NCBI GenBank assembly: GCA_040954595.2
Contig: JBECUI020000027.1
Coordinates: 186,001 to 250,000 of the forward strand
DNA: 64,000 nucleotides
Reading direction: 5' to 3'
Source of the DNA: Balanoglossus misakiensis
Taxonomy: Eukaryota; Animalia; Hemichordata
How positions within the stretch are numbered: the stretch's first letter is position 1; every line of letters begins with the position of its first letter. Shown piece after piece: positions 13,556 to 22,914 of the stretch. Under the pieces are notes generated by a model, which saw only the letters and a list, made by a program, of their open reading frames with translations, ran no database searches and was not told the origin of the DNA. A program made the position numbers and the translations under genes.

Positions 13556-14759
13556 TTATGCCCCCGGCTGAATCTCTGTCTCTGCAAATTCAGACAGCCC
13601 GGTAAGATTCACCGCGCTAACCCGGACAGACGCATTCGCAGGCAGAGTCTCGCCTTCCTGCAGCGTAACGCTGTGGGCGGTATCGCTGACATAGGCCACC
13701 GGCATCCAATCCTCGCTCTGGGGGTTGCTGTATTCTATCAGATAGCCCTCGAAGGGGTTGTTGCCTAAATCGGAAACAGCCGGGGCTGTCCACGATACGG
13801 TAAGGGTGTCGGTTAGCGTTGCTTCATCGGTTTGGACCTCCGCCTTTAAGCCAGTAACGACGGCGGGCGTGAGGGGATATGGGTGGAGGTAGAATTGAAA
13901 AGAATACGGTTGGGTAAAAAATACTCCCTCAAATGAAAATTCTAATCTTTTTCCGAACTGAGTATCCCTGTTATTGATTGAATATGTATAAGCATCTTCC
14001 TCGTGGAAAGTAATCCCATTATCACTGTTGCGATTAAAAAGCGACACACCTATATCATTGCTGGAAGAAGGATCAGCTTGGAACATTAGCACTCGAGTGG
14101 TCCCCTCATAGAGATCGGGGCCAATATCAAAGAGCGCATAGAAAAAAAATGTATAATTAGTTGGGAGATTCAAAACGGAAAAACGGACATCAAAGTCTCC
14201 CTTTGTCACTGTTGGGGCTACAGCAACGTCAAGATCGGGGATGTTTGATGGAAGTACGGTGGCCTTATTCACCCTGGCGGTAAACGTTACCGAGTCACCG
14301 GATTCGGTATCCCTCTGAACGCTTAAGCGGTACAGATAAGAAGAATCTGCTTCTATGTCTGTATCGGTGTAAGTCTCGGTATCCGGTGGCAGGGTAGCAA
14401 GCGTGGTGTAGCTGGCCCCGGCATCGGAAGATTTCTCAAGCAGAAATCCTGTTTCATTAACATTGAGATCCTTCCAGGCCAGCTGCACACCCGCATCATC
14501 CATGGCGTAGAGACTACGGAAACCCACAGGGGGCATCAGCGGGGCGGTAAAGAAATACGGGAGAGGTGGCGACGGGGACGAACAGGAAAACAAGACTGAT
14601 GAGAAGAGCAAAACAAGTAAAATCTGTATCTGATGGGAAAATGTAGAGCCTCTGGGGGCTACTATCTTACATGTACGTGAGTGAGTGAGTGAGTGAGTGA
14701 GTGAGTGAGTGAGTGAGTGAGTGAGTGAGTGAGTTCTCCAACCTCTTCATATTATTCAT
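13556..14759 (-). CDS. Cassette 9 variable FN3 lipoprotein; phase OFF
   Basis: Body ORF 13556-14611; (TCAC)14. Confidence 0.9.
14677..14732 (-). repeat. (TCAC)14 tract, OFF
   Basis: 56 bp counted. Confidence 0.95.
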
Positions 14760-15151
14760 ACCATATTCCTCCTAACAAAACTTAAGTTAAGACTAGTATA
14801 CCTAATACTTACGACTTCGACAAGACCCCGTTCATACAAGCCTGCCCTGACAATACCCCAACGGCCTTAAAGCCGAAGAAAGGAAGCCCTCAAACCTCAG
14901 CCCAAAGCCTGCAGCTCAGCCTCCGCAGGTCCAGACAATCCCGAAAGATTCACAAGCCCTGCCCCTGGGAAAAAGTTACCTAGGACAGGGTCTTTCCTGC
15001 ATCCAGCATAGAGCTGTAGGGGGCCGGGCGGTTTACAGCATAATTCCCTAACCTACACCGCCTGACATTCCTCAATAGAGCGGTTCCCCGGTTCGGAAAG
15101 AACCTAAAAATCCGCTCACCACAACAGCCCCGCCAAAGGCCGCCGTCAGCA

Positions 15152-16386
15152 TTATGCCCCCGGCTGAATCTCTGTCTCTGCAAATTCAGACAGCCCGGCA
15201 AGATTCACCGCGCTAACCCGGACAGACGCGTTCACAGGCAGAGTCTCGCCTTCCTGCAGCGTAACGCTGTGGGCGGTATCGCTGACATAGGCCACCGGCA
15301 TCCAATCCTCGCTCTGGGGGTTGCTGTACTCTATCAGGTAGCCTTCAAAGGGGTTGTTGCCAGAATCGGAAACAGCGGGGGCTGTCCACGATACGGTAAG
15401 GGTGTCGGTTTTGCTTGCTGCATCGGTTTGAACCTCCGCCTTTAAGCCGGTAACGGCGGTGGGCAGGACAGGATAGGGGTGGAGGTGGAATTGAAAAGAA
15501 TACGGTTGGGCAAAAAATACTCCCTCAAATACAAATTCTAATTTTTCCCCAAAGTAATCCTTCCTATTATTGTTAAAATATAGACCAGCATCCTGTAGGT
15601 AGAAATCACCACCCTTCTCATTGCTTCGATTAAAAAGCGAAATATCTAGATCACCGGAACTATAAAGTAATTGTGTTACTTTTACTCCTGAAGTGGGATT
15701 TCCACCATAGCGATAGGGTCCGATATCAAAAAGAGTATAGAGGTTGTAAACTCTTCCTCCTGAGAAGCCGGGAGGGAAAGGGGACGAAATGGTAAAACGG
15801 ACATCAAAGTCTTCCCTCGTCACTGTGGGGGCTACAAGAGTGTCAAGACCGGTATTTATTGGAATTACGGTGGCCTCATCCACCTCAGCGGTAAACGTTA
15901 CCGGGTCACTGGATTCGGTATCCCTCTGAACGCTTAAGCGGTACAGATAAGAAGAATCTGCGGTTATGTCAGTATCGGTGTAAGTCTCGGTATCCGGTGG
16001 CAGGGTAGCAAGCGTGGTATAGCTGGCCCCGGCATCCGAAGATTTCTCAAGCAGAAATCCCGTTTCATTAACATTGAGATCCTTCCAGGCCAGCTGCACA
16101 CCCGCATCATCCATGGCATAGAGACTACGGAAACCCACAGGGGGCATCAGCGGGGCGGTAAAGAAATACGGGAGAGGTGGCGACGGGGACGAACAGGAAA
16201 ACAAGACTGATGAGAAGAGCAAAACAAGTAAAATCTGTATTTGGTGGGAAAATATAGAGCCTCTGGGGGCTACTATCTTACATGCACGTGAGTGAGTGAG
16301 TGAGTGAGTGAGTGAGTGAGTGAGTGAGTGAGTGAGTGAGTGAGTGAGTGAGTGAGTGAGTTCTCCAACCTCTTCATATTATTCAT
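15152..16386 (-). CDS. Cassette 10 variable FN3 lipoprotein; phase OFF
   Basis: Body ORF 15152-16222; (TCAC)18. Confidence 0.9.
16288..16359 (-). repeat. (TCAC)18 tract, OFF
   Basis: 72 bp counted. Confidence 0.95.
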
Positions 16387-16758
16387 ACCATATTCCTCCT
16401 AACAAAACTTAAGTTAAGCCTAGTATACCTAATACTTACGACTTCGACAAGACCCCGTTCATACAAGCCTGCCCTGACAATACCCCAGTGGCCTTAAAGC
16501 CGCAGAAAGGTAAAAAAAACATGGGTGATGCCGAAACTAACTTCCTCAAATTTGAATTGAGAACTCTTTCCGATTTTATCAACATTTTGTTTCTACAGAT
16601 TTTTTTTGGCAGACTAAGGTTGGGATTAAATTTCCAGGAAGGAAACCGCACCGTTACAGCGTGATTCCCCTGGCATTCCTCATAGAGCGGTTTCCCGATT
16701 CAAAAAGAACCGGAAAATCCGCTCCCAGCAGCGCCCCCGCAAAACGCCGCCGTCAGCA

Positions 16759-17991
16759 TCATCCCCCCGGCTGAATCTCCGTCTCAGCCGATTCAGACAA
16801 CCCGGCAAGATTCACCGCCCTGACCCGGACAGACGCGTTCGCAGGCAGAGTCTTCCCCTCCTGCAGCGTAACGCTGTGGGCGGTATCGCTGACATAGGCC
16901 ACCGGCATCCAATCCTCGCTCTGGGGATTGCTGTATTCTATCAGATAGCCCTCAACGGGGTTGTTGCCTGAATCGGAAACAACCGGGGCTGTCCACGATA
17001 CGGTAAGGGTGTCGGTTTTGCTTGCCGTATCGGTTTGAACCTCTGCTTTTAGGCCGGTAACGGCGGCGGGCGTGAGGGGGTAGGGGTGGAGGTAATGTTG
17101 AAAAGGATACGGTTTGGCAAAAATTACTTCCTCAAATCTAAATTCTAATTTTTTCCCGAAGAAATCTTTCCTATTAGTGCTGAAATATTCACGAGCATCC
17201 TTTGGGTAGAAAGTACCACCCGTATTATCGCTCTGATTAAAAAGCGACATATCTATATCATTGGAAAGATATTCTAGTTGTAGCACTATTAATCCTCCTC
17301 TACTACCCGGAACTATACCCGGATCTAGATGGGGGCCAATATCAAACAGAGCATAGAAGTTCCAAGTTCCATTTTGGAGGGGAGACAAAATGGTAAAACG
17401 GACATCAAAGTCTTCCCTCGTCACTGTGGGGGCTACAGCAACATCAAGACTGGGGTTTCTTGGAAGTACGGTGGCCTCATCCACCTCAGCGGTAAACGTT
17501 ACCGGGTCACTGGATTCGGTATCCCTCTGAACGCTTAAGCGGTACAGATAAGAAGAATCTGCGGTTATGTCAGTATCGGTGTAAGTTTCGGTATCCGGGG
17601 ACAGGGTGGCAAGCGTGGTATAGCTGGCCCCAGCATCGGAAGATTTCTCAAGCAGAAATCCTGTTTCATTAACATTGAGATCCTTCCAGGCCAGCTGCAC
17701 ACCCGCATCATCCATGGCGTAGAGACTACGGAAACCCACAGGGGGCATCAGCGGGGCGGTAAAGAAATACGGGAGAGGTGGCGACGGGGACGAACAGGAA
17801 AACAAGACTGATGAGAAGAGCAAAACAAGTAAAATCTGTATCTGATGGGAAAATGTAGAGCCTCTGGGGGCTACTATCTTACATGTACGTGAGTGAGTGA
17901 GTGAGTGAGTGAGTGAGTGAGTGAGTGAGTGAGTGAGTGAGTGAGTGAGTGAGTGAGTGAGTGAGTTCTCCAACCTCTTCATATTATTCAT
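16759..17991 (-). CDS. Cassette 11 variable FN3 lipoprotein; phase ON (full length 410 aa)
   Basis: Continuous ORF MNNMKRLEN(SLTH)6S...LLVLLFSSVLFSC; FN3-like motifs (LAWKD..NETGF..Y.YRL; LTVSWTAP..GYLIEY..VRVRAVN). Confidence 0.95.
   Translation of the reverse strand: MNNMKRLENSLTHSLTHSLTHSLTHSLTHSLTHSRTCKIVAPRGSTFSHQIQILLVLLFSSVLFSCSSPSPPLPYFFTAPLMPPVGFRSLYAMDDAGVQLAWKDLNVNETGFLLEKSSDAGASYTTLATLSPDTETYTDTDITADSSYLYRLSVQRDTESSDPVTFTAEVDEATVLPRNPSLDVAVAPTVTREDFDVRFTILSPLQNGTWNFYALFDIGPHLDPGIVPGSRGGLIVLQLEYLSNDIDMSLFNQSDNTGGTFYPKDAREYFSTNRKDFFGKKLEFRFEEVIFAKPYPFQHYLHPYPLTPAAVTGLKAEVQTDTASKTDTLTVSWTAPVVSDSGNNPVEGYLIEYSNPQSEDWMPVAYVSDTAHSVTLQEGKTLPANASVRVRAVNLAGLSESAETEIQPGG
17889..17964 (-). 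repeat. (TCAC)19 tract, ON
   Basis: 76 bp counted; keeps the reading frame. Confidence 0.95.
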
Positions 17992-18026
17992 ACCATATTC
18001 CTCCTAACAAAACTTAAGTTAAGCCT

Positions 18027-18055
18027 AGTATACCTAATACTTACGACTTCGACAA
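18027..18055 (-). promoter_or_regulatory. Sigma70-type promoter of the ON cassette
   Basis: TTGTCG-N17-TATACT. Confidence 0.7.
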
Positions 18056-18149
18056 GACCCCGTTCATACAAGCCTGCCCTGACAATACCCCAACGGCCTT
18101 AAAGCCGAAGAAAGGAAGCCCTCAGATCTTAGCCCAAAGCCTGCAGCTC

Positions 18150-18440
18150 AGCCTCCGCAGGCTCAGACAATCCCGAAAGATTCTCAAGCCCTGACACGGA
18201 AACAAGTTTTTGGGGACAGGGTTTTTTTGCATCCAGCGTAACGCCCTAGGGGGTTTCACCCACCCAGGCCTCAAGGCACTCTGGGGGCTGCTGTATCTCA
18301 CCAGGTAGCCCCCAGAGAGAGTTGTTCCCCGACCCGCAAAGAACTGACGCCGTCCACGATACAGTAGGAGTATTGGTTTTGCTTGTCGTATCGGTTTTAC
18401 CCTAGTCTTCAGGTTGCTAACGGCGGCGGGCAGAAGGGGA
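18150..18440 (-). pseudogene. Eroded relic of the lipoprotein C-terminal FN3 coding region
   Basis: Matches cassette 3' ends (gtccacgatac, ggttttgcttg.cgtatcggttt, taacggcggcgggc, cagacaa..aagatt) with indels. Confidence 0.75.
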
Positions 18441-19108
18441 ATGAAAGATTAGATAGAAACTTCTTCTTTTCTTAAGCTTTTTTGGCACCCTTCTTATCAA
18501 TACCCGGCTTGTTTTTTTGTTTTTTACACTTGAACAGAAGGTGGTTCTGAACCTTCTTCCCCTTCTATGAACTTAAAGATGAGGAAACTCCACACAGGCA
18601 CGGCCGCAAAACCTAATCGGATTAAAAGGAAGGGGGAGCTACGATTAAGAGCCTCAACACAAAAATGGGTAGACTCAGAATTCTACAGATCTGTGGGAAT
18701 GCTTGTAAGTAAAGACAACAGCTGACACAGGAGTTAAGTGAGGACATACAGCCGCTCAGGTTTTGGCAGATGAGGAATATGGAGCCTAAGAAAATCTTTT
18801 CAATTTCATGGGGAAAAAATTTTATTTCATCGAGGCCTTCTTAATTTTCTTAAGGAATACGGTGCTGCATAAAAATACTATTTTCCCCAGTTAAGCATCT
18901 TTCTTGCCCAATTGCCTAAGTCTTTCATTTAGAACGGGCCGTTATGACACAGTTTTTAGGAAGCAAATCTTGTCTGGGTCACTATGACACGCAAACCCAC
19001 TCTGCATTAGGCTTCAATCCCCCTTTTCCTCATTGTTTCTTGGTCCATCCCAACTATTTTCACCATAAAAAATGTTTCCTTGTACCTATTTTTTAGATAA
19101 ATGGCAAA

Positions 19109-19124
19109 TGGCACCATTCTTGCT
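19109..19124 (+). promoter_or_regulatory. Sigma54 (RpoN) -24/-12 promoter
   Basis: TGGCACCATTCTTGCT: GG-N10-GC, fits TGGCAC-N5-TTGCW. Confidence 0.75.
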
Positions 19125-19154
19125 TGTATGAATGGTAGGAGATATAGATTTATA

Positions 19155-19994
19155 ATGCATAAAGTTGATGTTACCCTAACAACTTACCTGGAAGAAATAA
19201 ATTCCATTGCTCTTCTCACTCGTGAAGAAGAGGTGGAACTTTCCCGCAAAGCCCTTTTAGGGGACTCTGCGGCCCGGAAGAGACTTATCGAAGCCAATTT
19301 ACGTTTTGTGGTTAATGTGGCCAAGAAATACCAGAATCAGGGTCTGCCTCTGGAAGACCTTATCAGCGAAGGTAATATCGGATTGATGAACGCCATTGAG
19401 CGTTTTAATCCAGAAAGAGGCTACCATTTCATCTCCTATGCCGTTTGGTGGATTCGCCAAGCCATCCTCAAAGCTATTTATGAAAAATCCCGGATGATCC
19501 GCCTACCTCTCAATAGGATTAACGAATTAATCCGGTTAGGGAAGGTTCGAAAGGTTCTGTTGGAAGATTCCGGCGAGGAACCAAGCATAGCTGAGCTGGC
19601 TTCAAAAACCGGAATTTCCGAAAAAGATATAAAAAATATCAAGTCTATCAGCAGAGACCTTGTTTCTTTGGACACTCCCGTCTGTGACGAACAACACTCC
19701 GCCACCTTGGGTGATTTCGTGGTAGATGAAGCCAGCACGAGTCCAGAAAAAAAAGTTTTACACACTGCTTTAAAAGATGATGTGGAAGCAGTTCTGGCCA
19801 CCCTGAGTCCCAAGGAATCCGACATTCTACGCCATCGTTTTGGACTGTCGGAACGTAAGCCTCTGTCGCTTAAGGATGTTGGAGAACGTTATGGCCTTAC
19901 AAAGGAACGAATTCGCCAACTGGAAACGAAGGCCCTTCAACGCCTGCGCCATCCCTCTCGTCGGCAGTATCTCAAGGATTATGTTGCGGCCTAG
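19155..19994 (+). CDS. rpoS: RpoS-like / group 2 sigma-70 factor lacking region 1.1
   Basis: YLEEI, LIEANLRFVV..AKKY, DLISEGNIGL, YAVWWIRQAI, region 4 TKERIRQLE; likely ATG 19155 after AGGAGA; rpoS symbol inferred from size and sigma54 promoter. Confidence 0.8.
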   Translation: MHKVDVTLTTYLEEINSIALLTREEEVELSRKALLGDSAARKRLIEANLRFVVNVAKKYQNQGLPLEDLISEGNIGLMNAIERFNPERGYHFISYAVWWIRQAILKAIYEKSRMIRLPLNRINELIRLGKVRKVLLEDSGEEPSIAELASKTGISEKDIKNIKSISRDLVSLDTPVCDEQHSATLGDFVVDEASTSPEKKVLHTALKDDVEAVLATLSPKESDILRHRFGLSERKPLSLKDVGERYGLTKERIRQLETKALQRLRHPSRRQYLKDYVAA

Positions 19995-20224
19995 AGCGGA
20001 AAAGAGTCATCTTGTCTTGCTTGGCTTTTCACTTTCGGGGAAAAATACGGTTCTTTATGACGTTTAAAACCGCATATCTCCCCCGGGGGACCCTAGCCTA
20101 TTGCTTGACAAGTGATTTTTCCAATGGCTCCCCCATAACTCATGAATTTTTCATTCGATATTGACTTTCTTCCCCTATATAACATAGCTTTTTCCTATAG
20201 TATTCCTTAAAAAGAGAGAACTGT

Positions 20225-22891
20225 ATGAAGAAATATGTTTATTACTATGGTGCTGGGAAAGCCGAAGGCAAGGCTGAGATGAAAGAATTGCTGGGCGGCA
20301 AGGGTGCCAACTTGGCCGAGATGACCAATTTGGGAGTACCCGTTCCTCCTGGTTTCACCATTTCCACTGAAGTTTGTGATCTGTTTTATAAAAACCACAA
20401 AAAACATAGCCCGGAAGTTATTGCGCAGGTAAAGGAGAACCTGGCCCAACTGGAAAAAGATCAAAAAAAACAACTAGGAGATAGTTCCACTCCCCTCCTG
20501 GTGTCTGTCCGCTCTGGTGCAGCGGTGTCCATGCCTGGCATGATGGATACCATCCTTAACCTCGGCCTTAACGACAAAGCGGTAGAAGGTCTGGCAAAGA
20601 ACACGGGGAATGCCCGTTTTGCATGGGATTCTTATCGACGATTTATTCAGATGTTTGGTAATGTGGTTAGAGAAGTGCCTCATCACGCCTTTGAGGAAAC
20701 TCTTGAAAAAATCAAAAAGGATAAGGGCGTTGAGAACGATGTAGACCTTAACGCCGATGATCTTCGTCGGGTTGTGAAAACATACATGGAGGTTTTTGAA
20801 AGTTTCTTAGGAGAACCTTTCCCCCAAGATCCTCAAGAACAGCTGTGGGCTGCCATCAATGCGGTATTCGGCTCTTGGCATAATGATCGTGCCATCAAGT
20901 ATCGAAGCATTAACAAGATTGAGAATCTCCTGGGCACTGCGGTCAATGTCCAATCCATGGTGTTTGGAAACTGGTCCGACCAGTCAGGCACTGGTGTCTG
21001 TTTCAGTAGGGATCCTTCTACAGGAGAGAACTATTTCTACGGCGAGTATCTGATGAATGCCCAGGGCGAAGATGTTGTGGCGGGCATTCGAACCCCCAAA
21101 GACCTTTCCACTCTTGAAAAGAACAATGCCCAGGTCTACCAGCAGTTAGTCGGACTCAAAACACTACTGGAAAATCATTACAAGGACATGCAGGATATGG
21201 AGTTTACCATACAGGATGGTGAACTTTATCTCCTTCAGACCCGAAACGGTAAGCGCACTGGGAAGGCCGCCGTCAAGATAGCTACAGACTTGGAAAAAGA
21301 AGGGATGATAGACAAAGCCACCGCTGTTATGCGTGTGAGCACTGAACATCTGGATCAGCTTTTGCATCCCATGATTCCCCCCAAAATAAAACAACAACTC
21401 AAGCCCATAGCTACCGGACTTAATGCCTCCCCGGGAGCCGCTGTAGGAAAGGTGGTTTTTACCGCTGAGGATGCAGAGGCCCAGGTAGCAAAGGGAGAAG
21501 AGGTTATTCTTGTCCGCAAAGAAACCAGCCCCGAGGACATTGGAGGCATGCATGTAGCCCAGGGGATTTTGACCTCCACCGGAGGAATGACCAGCCACGC
21601 CGCCGTGGTAGCCCGGGGGATGGGGACTCCCTGTGTAGCCGGGTGTACAAATGTGGTAATTGATGCAAAGGCAAGAAATTTCACTGCTGGTAATCAGACT
21701 TTCCACGAAGGAGATTTGATCAGTCTCGATGGTTCTGATGGGGAAATCTATGCGGGAGAGATAGAACTGGAACAACCCAGCCTGTCAAGTGAACAGCAGA
21801 TTCTCTTGGCTTGGGCGGATAAGATTCGTATGGGTGCCGAAAGGCCTGGTCTGACTAAGGGCTTCAGGGTTCGAGCCAATGCTGATCTGCCTCAAGATGC
21901 TCAGTTGGCCAGAGATTTCGGTGCCCAGGGCATTGGGCTCTGTCGAACAGAACATATGTTTTTTGAAGAAGGGAAGCTAGGCCCCTTCCGAAGGATGATT
22001 CTTGTTGACAATTCGGAAGAAAGGAAAAAAGCTCTGCAGTCGATTCTTAAACTCCAGGTAGAAGATTTTAAGGGGATTTTCAGAGTTATGAACGGTCTCC
22101 CAGTAACCATTCGCTTATTGGATCCTCCCCTTCATGAGTTTGTCCCTCACAGCGAAGAAGAAGTGGCTAAACTGGCAAAAGAATTGGGTAGGGATGTAAA
22201 GGAACTGCAGAAGAAGGTTTCTTCTCTAAAGGAACTCAACCCCATGCTAGGGCACAGAGGCTGTCGGCTGGGCATAAGCTATCCTGAAATTTATGACATG
22301 CAAGTGGAAGCCATCATGCGGGCCGCTGCAAGCATCGCCGAGGAAGGGCTTGAGGTAGAGCCGGAAATCATGATTCCTCTTATTAGCACTTTCCAGGAGC
22401 TTGAAATTCTTAAGGAAAGAGCCTTAACCGTTATCCAGAAGGTTTTTGACGAGACTGGAACCAAGGTGAAGTACCTTATCGGCACCATGATAGAAATTCC
22501 CAGAGCAGCACTCACATCTGACCTGATTGCTCCCCTGGCAGATTTCTATTCTTTTGGCACCAACGATCTAACACAGATGGCCTTTGGCTTCAGCCGTGAC
22601 GATGTGGGAACTTTTGTTCCTGACTATGTGCAAAAGAAAATCCTTAAATTTGATCCTTTTCAGAGTCTTGATACAATTGGTGTCGGGCAGCTTGTTCAGA
22701 TGGGAGTATCAAAGGGCAGAAAGATCAAGCCTGGACTTAAAACTGGTATCTGTGGAGAACATGGAGGAGACCCGGATTCCATTGAATTTTGCTATCATGT
22801 AGGTCTGGACTACGTCTCCTGCTCTCCCTATCGGGTATCCATAGCCCGTTTAGCGGCGGCCCAAGCGGTTCTAAGAGCTGGGAAACAATAG
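20225..22891 (+). CDS. ppdK: Pyruvate, phosphate dikinase
   Basis: LLGGKGANLAEM, LLVSVRSGA, GGMTSHAAVVARG, GIGLCRTEHMF, GICGEHGG. Confidence 0.97.
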   Translation: MKKYVYYYGAGKAEGKAEMKELLGGKGANLAEMTNLGVPVPPGFTISTEVCDLFYKNHKKHSPEVIAQVKENLAQLEKDQKKQLGDSSTPLLVSVRSGAAVSMPGMMDTILNLGLNDKAVEGLAKNTGNARFAWDSYRRFIQMFGNVVREVPHHAFEETLEKIKKDKGVENDVDLNADDLRRVVKTYMEVFESFLGEPFPQDPQEQLWAAINAVFGSWHNDRAIKYRSINKIENLLGTAVNVQSMVFGNWSDQSGTGVCFSRDPSTGENYFYGEYLMNAQGEDVVAGIRTPKDLSTLEKNNAQVYQQLVGLKTLLENHYKDMQDMEFTIQDGELYLLQTRNGKRTGKAAVKIATDLEKEGMIDKATAVMRVSTEHLDQLLHPMIPPKIKQQLKPIATGLNASPGAAVGKVVFTAEDAEAQVAKGEEVILVRKETSPEDIGGMHVAQGILTSTGGMTSHAAVVARGMGTPCVAGCTNVVIDAKARNFTAGNQTFHEGDLISLDGSDGEIYAGEIELEQPSLSSEQQILLAWADKIRMGAERPGLTKGFRVRANADLPQDAQLARDFGAQGIGLCRTEHMFFEEGKLGPFRRMILVDNSEERKKALQSILKLQVEDFKGIFRVMNGLPVTIRLLDPPLHEFVPHSEEEVAKLAKELGRDVKELQKKVSSLKELNPMLGHRGCRLGISYPEIYDMQVEAIMRAAASIAEEGLEVEPEIMIPLISTFQELEILKERALTVIQKVFDETGTKVKYLIGTMIEIPRAALTSDLIAPLADFYSFGTNDLTQMAFGFSRDDVGTFVPDYVQKKILKFDPFQSLDTIGVGQLVQMGVSKGRKIKPGLKTGICGEHGGDPDSIEFCYHVGLDYVSCSPYRVSIARLAAAQAVLRAGKQ

Positions 22892-22914
22892 CCATTCCAC
22901 TGGCAGCAGGGGGA

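Larger units (their letters stand above)
1..18055 (-). repeat. Tandem array of >=12 ~1.6 kb lipoprotein cassettes (continues past left window edge)
   Basis: Near-identical promoter/RBS/ATG/signal-peptide and C-terminal blocks recur with ATGs at 261,1882,3496,5136,6734,8353,9951,11553,13162,14759,16386,17991 (period ~1597-1640 bp). Confidence 0.98.

Noticed and set aside
483-15201. Recurrent 63-137 aa ORFs (MQRQRFSRGHNADGG...)
   Set aside because: Alternative-frame read-through of the conserved cassette 3' end; no RBS, variable stop positions; recurrence is explained by the DNA repeat
655-16222. TTG-started ~350 aa ORFs as the true genes
   Set aside because: The TTG lies mid h-region with no RBS; the true RBS/ATG is upstream of the TCAC tract, as cassette 11 shows
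17988-17996. Mini-ORF ATG GTA TGA overlapping each cassette start
   Set aside because: Only 3 nt from AGGAGG, whereas the main ATG has an optimal 8 nt spacing; no evidence of function
1-18055. CRISPR array or diversity-generating retroelement as the explanation of the repeats
   Set aside because: Units are 1.6 kb genes, not 30-40 bp repeat-spacers; no cas or reverse transcriptase in the window; the variation includes indels and block swaps, with no obvious adenine-only pattern
18060-19100. Site-specific invertase/recombinase (shufflon) controlling the array
   Set aside because: All cassettes are co-oriented and no recombinase ORF is adjacent on this side; the other end of the array is outside the window
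19101-19154. N-terminal extension of the sigma factor ORF
   Set aside because: It overlaps the sigma54 motif and RBS; ATG 19155 is the better start
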